Counted from the stretch's first letter, positions 29,188 through 39,353 are shown. The stretch: DNA of 64,000 bases from an uncultured delta proteobacterium (GCA_963700055.1 CAVOWH010000023.1:64201-128200), one strand, 5' to 3'. Numbers and translations are program-made. Notes: generated by a model from the letters alone, not told the origin.

Positions 29188-29247
29188 GAGTTCAAGAAAG
29201 CGGCCAGGCGGGATCTCAGAAGGATTAACAAGGCTCAACGGTCTTGA
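29188..29247 (+). pseudogene. Relic of a RelE/ParE toxin N-terminus
   Basis: EFKKAARRDLRRINKAQRS* lies downstream of the antitoxin, separated from it by the repeats. Confidence 0.5.
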
Positions 29248-29327
29248 TTCTTCGCGTCAGCCATCGCAAAGATGCATACCGATAGAAAAATTAGGCAAGT
29301 TAGCCGCTGATCGAATGTCTGCGGCCC

Positions 29328-30860
29328 CTACTTCTTCAGCAGAAACGAGCTGCGGGTCATGCCGGCGCCGACCGAGTCGTAGAGGACCAGGCGCGCGTCC
29401 CTGAGGCGCTCCAGGTTGCGGTTGATGGGGAAGCCCTGGATGGTGTCGGACGTGAGGGCCCCGCGGGCGAGGTCGTAGGGCAGACGCTGCATGCAGACCA
29501 CCGAGCAGTTGCCGCGCTCGTGGATGTTGACGACCATCTTTTCTGCCAGGAAGCGGGCGACATCCGCGCGCTCCGGGGCTTTGCCGTCCGCCAGGAGTTG
29601 TTCGAGGGTCAGGGGCAGCATGGCGAAATTGGCCTGGTGCTCGATCAGAAGGTCGATGTCCTCCAGGGCGAGGCGGTTGGGGGTGAGCAGGGCCGCGAGG
29701 TGCGGCTTGGCTCCCCGGGTGGCATACAGAAACACCCCCTTGCCGTCCATCGCACCGTAGACCTCCCCGTGCTCGAAATTGGCTTCGATGAAGCTCGCGA
29801 AGCAGCCGTGGCTGCAGGTCAGGGTGTCGACGACTCCCTTGCCGGGGGAGACGACCGCGCCGGCCGTGCCTTCGATGAGGCTGAGCCGCACGGGTTCCCC
29901 GTTCTTCAGAAAAACCGCCGCCAGCCGGCGGTATCTGCCCGAGGCCGTGTAGGCGCTCACGATCCGCTGCACGGTCTGCGGGTCGCCGCCGGCGGTCATG
30001 AGGTCGTAGGCGAAGCCGGCTTTGTACCCCTCGTAGATCTCGAACGCTGCGCGGAAATTCTGGAAGGCCCCGGCGGCCGCCTCTTTCGGAAAAAGCTGTT
30101 TCATCAGGACGTGCTGGACCCGCGCGGCGGTCGCCGGCACCCGGCATTCGACCCGGCCCAGCTGGTTGTCGACGATGATGCCGTCCAGGCGCCCCTCCTG
30201 CACCCAGGGCAGAAGCGCCGCCGCAATGGCTTCGATGAAGTGATCGCCCGCGTCGACGGCCGTCTCGGCCACGACCCGGCCGGGGGCGGAACGGCCGGCG
30301 CAGGCGCCGATTTCAAGCGCCGTGGCCAGTGCGTCGTCGCCGAAAATGATGTTGGCGGTGTCCTGGGTCGGGAAGGCTCGGGCGCGGTGGATGTTCTCGG
30401 CGCCGACGATCACGGCCAGATCGCCGGGGGCAAGCATCCCCGCAAGCGCCAGCATGTAAAGCGCCTCCACGCTCACGTTGAAGCCCGGGCAGCCGGCATA
30501 GAGGTCGAACACCAGCGCCTGCGGGCAGAATGAGCGGATGCGGTCATAAAGAAAGAGGCTGGTCGGTCCGGGGTCGAACTTGTCCTCGCCGACGTTGGTG
30601 GCCGCGATGAGCACCCGGATGCGCGCCGGGTCGAGGCCGGAGGTGTCGAGCAGGTCTTGAAACGCCAAAACCCCGATGCGCTCGTCCAGCGGAGCGACTT
30701 TGCGGGTGCGAACCCCGATGCGCTCGGCGATGGTTTCGCGGGTGACCGGGATGCCGCCTTTAAACACCATGCCCTTGTTTTCATACATCGCATTGTCCAC
30801 CAAGGCGCCGCCGTTCCAGGCCCCCTGGGCGATGATGTCTAAAACACAATCCCGGCTCAT
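29328..30860 (-). CDS. Extended 3-oxoacyl-ACP synthase III (FabH)-like protein
   Basis: ERIGVRTR, YAGCPGF (Cys), IFGD, MDGKGVF, EHQAN (His), RGNCS (Asn). About 510 aa. Confidence 0.8.
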   Translation of the reverse strand: MSRDCVLDIIAQGAWNGGALVDNAMYENKGMVFKGGIPVTRETIAERIGVRTRKVAPLDERIGVLAFQDLLDTSGLDPARIRVLIAATNVGEDKFDPGPTSLFLYDRIRSFCPQALVFDLYAGCPGFNVSVEALYMLALAGMLAPGDLAVIVGAENIHRARAFPTQDTANIIFGDDALATALEIGACAGRSAPGRVVAETAVDAGDHFIEAIAAALLPWVQEGRLDGIIVDNQLGRVECRVPATAARVQHVLMKQLFPKEAAAGAFQNFRAAFEIYEGYKAGFAYDLMTAGGDPQTVQRIVSAYTASGRYRRLAAVFLKNGEPVRLSLIEGTAGAVVSPGKGVVDTLTCSHGCFASFIEANFEHGEVYGAMDGKGVFLYATRGAKPHLAALLTPNRLALEDIDLLIEHQANFAMLPLTLEQLLADGKAPERADVARFLAEKMVVNIHERGNCSVVCMQRLPYDLARGALTSDTIQGFPINRNLERLRDARLVLYDSVGAGMTRSSFLLKK

Positions 30861-30974
30861 CGATGACTCCTCTGAATCCCTTGCCAGCACGCGCCGCTTA
30901 TCCGTACAGGAAGTAAAGGTAGTTATGTTTTTAGGTGTTTAGCATTGTACCTCGCCCGCGGGCGGGGTACAACG

Positions 30975-31985
30975 CTAAACGTTGAACCGGAAATTGATGA
31001 TATCGCCGTCGCGGACCTCGTAGGTTTTCCCCTCCAGGCGGAAGGTTCCACGGCGGCGTGCTTCGGCGGTCGAGCCGGCCGCCATCAAATCCTCGTAGGC
31101 GATCACCTCGGCGCGGATGAACCCTTTCTGCATGTCGCTGTGGACCGCTCCGGCCGCCTCCACCGCCGGCGTTTCGCGGCGGATCGTCCAGGCGCGCACC
31201 TCGTCACTGCCGACGGTAAAAAAGGACATCAGCCCCATGACCTCGTAGGACAGACGGATCATGCGGTCCATCGCGGAGTCGGCGATCTTGTACTCCTTGA
31301 GGAACTCCGCGGCCTCCTCCGGCTGCATGCGGGCGAGCTCCTGTTCGATCTTGGCGCGCAGGGCCAGGCAGGTTTCCTGTCCGGCCAGCGCGCCGACGTC
31401 CGGCACGTCCGGATCGGATTCCTCGTTGTTGAAGACCACCAGCATGGGCTTGGCGGTGAGCAGCGCAAAGCCCCTCAGCGCCTTGGCCTCCATTAGATCG
31501 CGGCGGCGGCGCAGCGGGGTTTCGGTTTCCAGCAGGCGGCGGCATTCAATCAGCAGCGCATGCTCCTCGGCATTCATCTTCTTGCCGCGGCGGTGGTCCT
31601 GCTCGATGCGCTCCAGGCGCTTATCCGCCTGAACGAGGTCCGAAAGGATCAATTCCTGGTTGACCGTGTTGAAGTCCGCGGCCGGGTGGCAGATGGGGCC
31701 GAAGTTGCGGATCACCAGGATCAGGGCGTCGCAGTCCTTCACGGGCAGCCAGGGATTGGCCTCCTTTTTCTGGCTGCCCGGGCCGGCCAGGAAATACTCC
31801 ACTTGGGCATAAATGGTCTTCTCGGGGTCGAACATCCGGCTGAGCCGGTCCACGCGTTCATCCGGCACGCGCACCATGGCCAGGCGGTCCTCTCCGTGGG
31901 CGGCGGACTCGCCGTCCTGGCGGGTCAGCGCGTCAAAGGTCGTTGAGCGTCCGGACAGAGGAAGCCCGATGATTCCAAGTTTCAT
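30975..31985 (-). CDS. ychF: YchF/Ola1-like ATPase with divergent P-loop
   Basis: VPDERVDRL, LLTAKPML, SFFTVGSDEVRAW, AAGAVHSDMQKGFIRAEV, YEVRDGDII. Confidence 0.85.
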   Translation of the reverse strand: MKLGIIGLPLSGRSTTFDALTRQDGESAAHGEDRLAMVRVPDERVDRLSRMFDPEKTIYAQVEYFLAGPGSQKKEANPWLPVKDCDALILVIRNFGPICHPAADFNTVNQELILSDLVQADKRLERIEQDHRRGKKMNAEEHALLIECRRLLETETPLRRRRDLMEAKALRGFALLTAKPMLVVFNNEESDPDVPDVGALAGQETCLALRAKIEQELARMQPEEAAEFLKEYKIADSAMDRMIRLSYEVMGLMSFFTVGSDEVRAWTIRRETPAVEAAGAVHSDMQKGFIRAEVIAYEDLMAAGSTAEARRRGTFRLEGKTYEVRDGDIINFRFNV

Positions 31986-32003
31986 GGTGGTTTACCTGCA
32001 GAT

Positions 32004-33605
32004 TCAAGCGGCGGCGCCGGCGGATCGCCTCCGGCTCCAGCGGTTGACGAGCAGAACGGTCGCGATGGGGATGATCAAGCCGATGAGGTTCACGGCGATC
32101 ATCAAGCGGCCCAGCGCGCCGTAGCTGCCGCGTTCGACGATATAAATTTGGTTCATATAGTTGGTGCCGAGGCTGGCGCCGGAAAGCGCCAGATTGGTGA
32201 AGGCCGCCATGACGGCAAAATAAGTGGCTTTCTGCTCCTGGGGCGCCTCCCGGGCGATCCAGGCCAGCATGGGCACCATGGCGACCTGCCCCAGCGGGGA
32301 GTCGGCCATGGTGTCGATCAGGGCGATGGTGCGTGCGCCGAACCCGAACATGCGCTCCGTCCATTCATGCAGCCCGTAGTACAATCCGATGAAGGGCAGC
32401 ATCATCACCGAGCCGTAAAGCGACAGGAACACCACGAGGTAGGGGATCGGACGACGGCTCATCCAGCCCCGCAGGGCGAACAACCCCACAATGGCCAGGA
32501 TCGCTGAAATCTGGCGCAGCGTGCCGAAGAAGGCTTCGTCGAACTGGAGCACGTCGATCTGCCACCAGCTGGCCCCTGCGCCGATCCCGGGCATGGCGCG
32601 GAAGACGAAGACGATCACGGCGATGCCGATGATCTCCCGACGCTTGTCCGGTTCCATGCTGCGCAGGAGCTGGTGGATAAGATAGCCGATGATGGCGAGC
32701 GAGCCGAGGAAGATCGCCTCCATCTTCGCCGCCAGATCGGACAGACCCAACAGCAGGCTCATGGCGACAAAGACCGCGCTGCCGGCCAGGATGTACCAGT
32801 TCGGTGCGAGGGCCGGCTTTTCGGCGTGCAGCATCCTTCCTATGTCTGCTTCGGAAAAACCCTGGCGGCGGTAGCGCCGGCGGCGCAGCCCCAGGCTGAC
32901 GTCACCCAGGGTCACACCCAACACCGAAATCAACGGGATGGCAAGCGAGGCCCAGTACATCACGACATAGGAAAGCGTTGTGGCCAGCCAGCCACCGATT
33001 CCGGCCACCAGCGCGGCGCCGCCGATGATGGCGATCCGTCCGAGCGTCTGCATGGTGATGTGCATGCGCTGGAGATCCTTGTCCGGAATCGATTCGCCCT
33101 CAGGGGTGTGCCGGGGGACGGCCTCCACCGTCATGGCGTCGGCCACCACGTCCTGAAAGACGAAGCCGACGGGCGATATCAGCGCCGAGATGACGTACCA
33201 AACGTCCGGCGGCAGAAAACCCGCCATCCATTCCTTATGCCCGGTGAGCCCCACCATAATCAACAGGCCGGCCGCCATCAGCAGCGCTCCGAAATAAACA
33301 AAGACCGACTTGCGCTGCCAGTAGATATCGACCAGATGCCCGATCGGCATCTTGAGCGCCCAGGGCAATCCGGCCCAAAACCCTAAACTGGCAAGGAATG
33401 CGGCCGACAGCCCCAGCTGATCCTTGACGAAGAAGCTCTCGATGATCCCCGTGAACCCCGAGACGCCGGCCGCCAGGTAGACCATCAGCGGCGGGAGATA
33501 GCTCAGGCGCATTTCCCGGACGATGCCGAGGAAATCAACGCTGAACCATTGCCACATGCGGCTGAAATGGCCGGAGGCATGATGTGCAGTCACTGCCGGT
33601 GTCAT
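32004..33605 (-). CDS. BT1/folate-biopterin family MFS transporter
   Basis: LPWALKMPIG, QDVVADAMTVE, ATYFAVMA; about 12 TM segments. Confidence 0.8.
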   Translation of the reverse strand: MTPAVTAHHASGHFSRMWQWFSVDFLGIVREMRLSYLPPLMVYLAAGVSGFTGIIESFFVKDQLGLSAAFLASLGFWAGLPWALKMPIGHLVDIYWQRKSVFVYFGALLMAAGLLIMVGLTGHKEWMAGFLPPDVWYVISALISPVGFVFQDVVADAMTVEAVPRHTPEGESIPDKDLQRMHITMQTLGRIAIIGGAALVAGIGGWLATTLSYVVMYWASLAIPLISVLGVTLGDVSLGLRRRRYRRQGFSEADIGRMLHAEKPALAPNWYILAGSAVFVAMSLLLGLSDLAAKMEAIFLGSLAIIGYLIHQLLRSMEPDKRREIIGIAVIVFVFRAMPGIGAGASWWQIDVLQFDEAFFGTLRQISAILAIVGLFALRGWMSRRPIPYLVVFLSLYGSVMMLPFIGLYYGLHEWTERMFGFGARTIALIDTMADSPLGQVAMVPMLAWIAREAPQEQKATYFAVMAAFTNLALSGASLGTNYMNQIYIVERGSYGALGRLMIAVNLIGLIIPIATVLLVNRWSRRRSAGAAA

Positions 33606-33759
33606 AGCTTAAAAAACGACCTGCGCCAGGAGGGCGCAGGCAGATTCGGGCGGATTGCGGTTACCAACGCAAGCTCGTTTATATCATAGGTGCTCCTCGA
33701 ATCAACCCCGGCTCAGATCACCGCCGGCGGCAAGCTTGTTTTTCATCCACCGCCGCCGG

Positions 33760-34254
33760 TCAGGATGGGCCGCGCTTGCCGACGGACAATTCCTTGACGG
33801 AAATGGAACCCTGGGAATCGAACGGCAGCGAGGACGGCAGGAACGCGCCGCCGCTCATACGCACCTTGCCCTTCACCTGGTACGTCAGATCATCGCGCCC
33901 CTGGAGGTTGAGCAGTCCTCTGAAAATATCGACCACCGACGTATAGACCTTGACCGGCACGATATCGGATCCAAAGGCCGGAATTCGGACTTGGGTGTTG
34001 GACATGCCGTAGGCGAACGGCTTGCCGTTGATCTCAACGTCGCATTCCACCCCCCGGATGTCCAGGTCCACCTCATTCGGGTTCTGGACCCGCAGCTGGA
34101 CCAAAAAAGCGGACTCCATGCCGCTGGTCTCCTGCATCTGGATGTTGGAAAGGGAAATGCGCGGCGATTCGAGCGGCTTGCCCAGTCCGGCGCAGCCGGT
34201 CACCGATGCGAACAGGATTACAGCCAAGGCTGAAATCAGAAACGGTCTAACCAT
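33760..34254 (-). CDS. LEA type 2 (WHy domain) lipoprotein
   Basis: Lipobox VTGC; LRVQNPN motif. Confidence 0.85.
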   Translation of the reverse strand: MVRPFLISALAVILFASVTGCAGLGKPLESPRISLSNIQMQETSGMESAFLVQLRVQNPNEVDLDIRGVECDVEINGKPFAYGMSNTQVRIPAFGSDIVPVKVYTSVVDIFRGLLNLQGRDDLTYQVKGKVRMSGGAFLPSSLPFDSQGSISVKELSVGKRGPS

Positions 34255-34303
34255 GCGGGTTCCTTTCTTCCCTGAAATCGGCAACCGACCCCTTTTTACC
34301 ATC

Positions 34304-36268
34304 TCACTTCTTGCCGGGCAAGATGCCCTTGATGAGGTCGCTCGCCTTTTCTTTGATCGGTGTCGAGCCTGTTTCGGAGGGTTGGAGAAGTTGTTTGAGC
34401 TTGTCCTTGGCCAGGCTCTCCACGTCGGGCCGGAAGCTGGGGCTGGTAAAAGTTCCCGAAACGATCACCGGCACCCCGATGCCGGCGCGGTCCTTTTCGT
34501 CCCCTTGTCCCTTGATGGTTCCGACCACCTTGGGGTCCACCCGGAAATCCAGGGTTTCTTTCACCAGATCCGCCTTGCCGGACGCCTGCAGCCGCAGCAG
34601 CGGCGATTTCAGAACGGATTCCGAAGTGTGGAAGACCCCGTTTTCAATCGTGAACGGGACGACCAGTTCAGCGAAGTCCGTGCGCGGTTTCGCACCTGTC
34701 CTCGCCTCTCCACCGAAAGCCGCCTTGACGTTGCGCGCCATGTTAGCCAGATCGACCCCGACGATAGCGCCGTCGCTCAGGGTCAGGCTGCCCTTGCCGT
34801 TCAAGGTCTGCTTGATTCGGACGGGGTCCTCGCCGCTGCTGGAAAGTGCGATCCGGGCTTGGGCGGCGCCTTCCAGAAAGTCTTTATCCGACAGGTCCTT
34901 CAGCAGCGGGTTCACCTGCACATGGTCCAGGTTCAGCTGGGCAGCGGTCTCCGGGCGCTCGCCCTTGACGTTGATCACGGTCTTTCCGGCGGCCGTTCCC
35001 TGATATAGCTTCATCGAGAACGGGTCAAGCGTGAGAACACCGTCCTTCGCCGCGATCTTCAAACTCACGTCTTCTGCCTTGGCATGGGCGACGGTCAGCT
35101 TGCCGACCTTGGCATTTCCGTTCAGCACCAGTTTGCGCAGCAGCGTGTAGTCGGTCTTTTGCGGAGGCGGACCGGCCGATGGGCCGGCGGGCGGCGGACC
35201 GGCCCCAGCCGAGGATTTGGGCGGCAGGTAGCGGTCGATGTCAATCTGGTCGAGGTGGAGGTCGAAAGCGATGTTGGGTTTGGCAAACTCCGTGGTCTTG
35301 ACGGTGAAGTCCAATTTTGAATCGTCCAGAACCAGAATCGCGTCGGAAACCGCTACGCTCTTGGCATCCGCACTCACGCGGGCTTTGAGGGACACACGCT
35401 CCAGTACCTTGGGATCCGCAGTGGGCGGAACGGGCTGCCCGATTTCAGCTAAGAGCCTGCGGGGCGAGAACTCCGCCACTTCCGCATCGATGCGTGCCAA
35501 AGGGGCGACCAGAAGGTTTTCCAGTGTGCCCGTGGCCTTCAGCTTCAACAGCCCGAAGGCGTCGGCCGTCAACTCCAGGGGCACGCTGCCCTGCCCTATG
35601 TTCTGGCCCAGCGGTCCGAAGCGGCCCTCGGCCGATAGGGGCTTTTTGTTCACCGCAGCCGAAAGCGTCATCCGCACCGGCCGGTCGAAAGACACATCCC
35701 GCAGCGCCGCGTTCAGCTCTGTTATTTCCTGGCGCGATTCCTTGCCGTGATCGATCATCACGATCCGCCCGTTTTGGAGGGACAGCTCGCCGACCAGCAG
35801 CGATGCGATGGGCAACCCGGCTTCGGAGCCGGCTTCGGTCTTGGGCGAAGGCTTGACCTGCGCTGGCTGGGCGCCGAAGTCCCAGTTGGCGCCGCCGTCC
35901 TTGTTCGTTATCAGCCACAAGTGAGGCTCGTCTACGACCAATCGATCCACTTCGACCCGTTTGGAGAGCAGCGGCCAGAGCTTTACCCGTACGTCAAAGG
36001 ATTTTACGGTGAGGAAGTCCTTTTCGACGAACGCCGGGATATTGCCCAGCCGGAGGGCGGAGAAAGACACGCCGGCCCAGGGGAATAGGCTCAGCCGGAC
36101 GTCGCCCCCCACGGTGAGCGGCCGGCCGGTCGCTTCCAGGACGTAGCGCTCCAACTCGGGTTTGTAACGGTTGGCGTCAAGGAACTTGGGAATGACCAGA
36201 AGGGCGCCTATCGCGACAACGATCAGCGCGATCACCGCGAGGGCCGACCACTTTAAGGCTTGTTTCAT
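34304..36268 (-). CDS. asmA: AsmA family protein
   Basis: N-terminal TM, ATGRPLTVGG..LSLFPW, LYQG, TDFAEL, SPLLRL. Confidence 0.88.
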   Translation of the reverse strand: MKQALKWSALAVIALIVVAIGALLVIPKFLDANRYKPELERYVLEATGRPLTVGGDVRLSLFPWAGVSFSALRLGNIPAFVEKDFLTVKSFDVRVKLWPLLSKRVEVDRLVVDEPHLWLITNKDGGANWDFGAQPAQVKPSPKTEAGSEAGLPIASLLVGELSLQNGRIVMIDHGKESRQEITELNAALRDVSFDRPVRMTLSAAVNKKPLSAEGRFGPLGQNIGQGSVPLELTADAFGLLKLKATGTLENLLVAPLARIDAEVAEFSPRRLLAEIGQPVPPTADPKVLERVSLKARVSADAKSVAVSDAILVLDDSKLDFTVKTTEFAKPNIAFDLHLDQIDIDRYLPPKSSAGAGPPPAGPSAGPPPQKTDYTLLRKLVLNGNAKVGKLTVAHAKAEDVSLKIAAKDGVLTLDPFSMKLYQGTAAGKTVINVKGERPETAAQLNLDHVQVNPLLKDLSDKDFLEGAAQARIALSSSGEDPVRIKQTLNGKGSLTLSDGAIVGVDLANMARNVKAAFGGEARTGAKPRTDFAELVVPFTIENGVFHTSESVLKSPLLRLQASGKADLVKETLDFRVDPKVVGTIKGQGDEKDRAGIGVPVIVSGTFTSPSFRPDVESLAKDKLKQLLQPSETGSTPIKEKASDLIKGILPGKK

Positions 36269-36392
36269 TATACGTTCCTTTCAGTTACATGCCCGATTCT
36301 AACCATTGATCCCCCGGATTCAACCATCGACCCGGCAGGCGGCTTTGGCTGCGGGGCGCCAAAGAAAAATTTTTCGCCAATAATTCAAGTAA

Positions 36393-36449
36393 ATGCAATA
36401 TATAGCGGTTCTGGTTAAATTGACATACCAGATAAAGGAGGTGTAGAAT
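36393..36449 (+). promoter_or_regulatory. Tandem NrdR-box-like sites overlapping a sigma-70 promoter
   Basis: ATGCAATATATAGCGG (36393) and a weaker ATACCAGATAAAGGAG (36425), 32 bp apart. TTGACA (36420)-N18-TAGAAT (36444). Confidence 0.65.
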
Positions 36450-36486
36450 TTTTCAAGATCTTCTTTCAGCAGCAGAGGGTGAGACC

Positions 36487-36846
36487 ATGATGACGATTCA
36501 AAGGCTGCACGAGCTGTTCGACGAGAATCCTGAAAAGGAAATGCTGTGCTTTGTGGGAAACTGCCATGACTGCGGCAAAGGGGTGAGTGTTACCGCTGCG
36601 CTCACCGAAGAGGGCTTCGCGATCAGCGGCGGCGCGCTGTACGAGCCGGAGCCCGGCAGATTCGCCAACAAGTGCGAGGTGTGTTTCCAGCAGAACCCGG
36701 AGCTGACGAACTTTCGGCGATGCGAAGTGTACAGCCGGGTGGTGGGATACCTGCGGCCGGTGATGCAATGGAACGAAGGCAAGCAAGCGGAGTTTAAGGG
36801 GCGCAAGGCGTACCGCGTGCAGGCGGGCGGCGCGGCCCGGGGATAG
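36487..36846 (+). CDS. Small stand-alone NrdD C-terminal-like protein (Zn-ribbon plus glycyl-radical loop)
   Basis: CHDC...CEVC, then CEVYSRVVGYLRPVMQWNEGKQAEF. Confidence 0.82.
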   Translation: MMTIQRLHELFDENPEKEMLCFVGNCHDCGKGVSVTAALTEEGFAISGGALYEPEPGRFANKCEVCFQQNPELTNFRRCEVYSRVVGYLRPVMQWNEGKQAEFKGRKAYRVQAGGAARG

Positions 36847-36897
36847 CGAAAAGGGGGCCTCGATCGATCGCGGAACCCGCCGGCCGGATCGAGGTGG

Positions 36898-38353
36898 CTA
36901 CCTGGATGGCTTCTGCGCAGAAATCGCGCTCTGCAGCTTTTCGGCCAGTGAACCGAGGGACGACCCGCGGCTGTTGGGCGTAAAGCGCTGCCATTCGCCC
37001 TCGTCCGCGGAGCTGGCCGGGGCGAGCGAAATGCGGCGCCGCTGCAAGTTGATCTCCTCGATGGCCACGTTCAGGGTGTCGCCTTCCTTGGATTTCTCCA
37101 GGGCGGCGGCGGACGTGGAGCGGCGAATGCTGCTCATCGGAAGCAGTCCGGTGATGCCCGGCGCCAGCCGGATGAAAAAGCCGAACTTCTCCTTCTTTTC
37201 GAGGACGCCGTCCACCCGCTGGCCCGCGGAAAAGCGCTCAAGGACTTCGACCCATGGATCTCCCTCGGCATCGCGCAGGCTGAGAGAGATGCGTTTTTTC
37301 TCCGCATCCACGGCCTTGACCGCCACGTTCACGATGTCTCCCGGGTTGACGATGTCCTCGGTCTTGTGAACCCGGCGGGTGTAGCTGAGTTCACTGATGT
37401 GGATCATGCCCTCGATGCCCGGGGCGATTTCGACGAAGGCCCCGAAGTTCATGCAGCGCGTGACCCTGCCCCTGACCACATCCCCCTCCCGGAACTTATC
37501 CTCCACGGTGAGCCAGGGATCCTCCTCGAGCTGCTTGAGGGAAAGGCCGATGCGCGGCTGGCCTTTTTCGCCGGCCGCTTCGATCCCCAGCACCTTGACC
37601 CGCAGGCGATCCCCGGGTTTGAGAACCTCGTCCGGGCTCGTTGATTTGGACCAGCTGATCTCGGAAACGTGGACCATGCCCTCCACCCCCGGGGTGAGTT
37701 CCACGAAGGCCCCGAAGGGCAGGATGCGGGTCACCCGGCCGTCGAGCACATCTCCCGCCGCCAGGGTATCCAGGAACCGCTTGCGTTCGGCCTCGAGCTC
37801 CACGGCTGAGCAGCGCGCGCCGGGACACGACGATGTTGCGGCCTTTGTCCTCGAAGCGGGTGATCAAAAACTGGTAGGTCGCGCCGACATGCGCGGCAGG
37901 GTCCGGCACCGGGGATATGTCGATCTGGCTGATCGGGCAGAAAGCCCGGCGCTGCAGGATGTCGATATGGAAGCCGCCTTTGCAGGTTTCCTTGACCTTG
38001 CCTTCGACCGGAGCCGATTTTTGGTGCGCCTCGCGCAGGAGCTGCGTTCCGCCGATTCCGGAGATGGCCCGAGAGAGGCGGATTTCGTTCTCTCCTACCG
38101 CGGCCACATAAAGCTCGATCTCGTCGCCCTCGGCGCAGGTGAGGTTCTGGTCCGAGTCCAGCAGCTCGCTGCGGTCGACCACCGCATCGATTTTCATTCC
38201 GGTGTCGACGAATACCGCATCCTTGCCGATCGAAATGACCCGGCCCTTTACCCGGTCGCCGATGCGGGCGTCGGAGCGCGCAGCCGGGCTGAAGGCTTCG
38301 AGGAGCGCGGCAAAATTTTCTTCCGGTGCAGGTGCCTCTGGATGATCCGTCAT
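36898..38353 (-). pseudogene. rpsA: 30S ribosomal protein S1 homolog with a 1-nt frameshift near 37802 (real lesion or sequence error)
   Basis: AFCPISQI and NIVVSRRALL lie in one frame; ELEAERKRFL and the FGAFVE repeats lie in another. Removing one base from CGTGGAG restores LLSRELEAER. Confidence 0.8.
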
Positions 38354-38522
38354 GAACGTTCTTCCTCCCCAACTGAAAAGCAGAAGGCACCCCATAGCAG
38401 AAACAGCGATCAATTACAAGCGCGGTCGAAACCCGGCGGGCTGGGACCGGGCCTTGGCCCTGCTGAACGGACCGAGGCCTATCGGATTGACAAAAGCAAC
38501 GGCCTGGGATACCTCACCCCCC

Positions 38523-39353
38523 ATGACTCGAGAGATACAAGGCCCGGCGGAAGGCGGGTATTTGATGGAAAGCGGTGACGAGGCCATCCGATTGGACGTC
38601 AAGACGGAGGGCCGGACGGTGGAGGAGCATGCCCGCTGGGCGGGTTTGGCGCCCGGGCAGCGCGTGGCGGATCTGGGCTGCGGTTCGGGCAAGACCAGCT
38701 TTCACTTGAACCGCCTGGCTCAGCCCGGCGGCCGCACGCTGGGCGTGGATATCGCCGCCCAGCGCATCGATTTTGCCCGGCGGCACTACCGGGCCGAGGG
38801 GCTCGAATTCCGCGTCAAGGACATCCGCGAACCCCTCGAAGACTTGGGTCGGTTCGACTTCATCTGGATCCGGTTTGTGCTGGAGTACTATCGCGCGCAG
38901 AGCTGCGAGCTCGTTCGCCACGTGGCCGACGCGCTCTCGCCCGGCGGCACCCTGTGTCTGATCGATCTGGATTGCAATTGCCTGCGGTTTCACGGCTTCC
39001 CGCCGCGGACCGAGAAAGCCGTACACCGCATCATGGAGCGACTGGAAGCGCACCGTAATTTCGACCCCTATGTGGGGCTCAAGCTCTATGCCTATCTCTA
39101 CGATCTGGGCTTCGAGGACATCCAAGTCAAGGTGGCGCCCCACAACCTCATCTACGGAACCTTTCAAGAGAACGAAAAATTCAACTGGCGCAAGAAGGCG
39201 GAGATTGCCGGAAAGCTTTCGGGATACGATTTCGAGGAATACCCGGGAGGCTATTCCGAGTTCATCTCCGAATTGGACCAGCTGTTCGCCGATCCGCGGG
39301 TCTTTACCTATACGCCGCTGGTGATCTGCCGGGGGCGCAGGCCGGGGGCGTGA
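38523..39353 (+). CDS. Class I SAM-dependent methyltransferase
   Basis: VADLGCGSG, GVD, FDFIWIRFVLEY, LSPGG. Start at 38523 or 38564. Confidence 0.88.
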   Translation: MTREIQGPAEGGYLMESGDEAIRLDVKTEGRTVEEHARWAGLAPGQRVADLGCGSGKTSFHLNRLAQPGGRTLGVDIAAQRIDFARRHYRAEGLEFRVKDIREPLEDLGRFDFIWIRFVLEYYRAQSCELVRHVADALSPGGTLCLIDLDCNCLRFHGFPPRTEKAVHRIMERLEAHRNFDPYVGLKLYAYLYDLGFEDIQVKVAPHNLIYGTFQENEKFNWRKKAEIAGKLSGYDFEEYPGGYSEFISELDQLFADPRVFTYTPLVICRGRRPGA

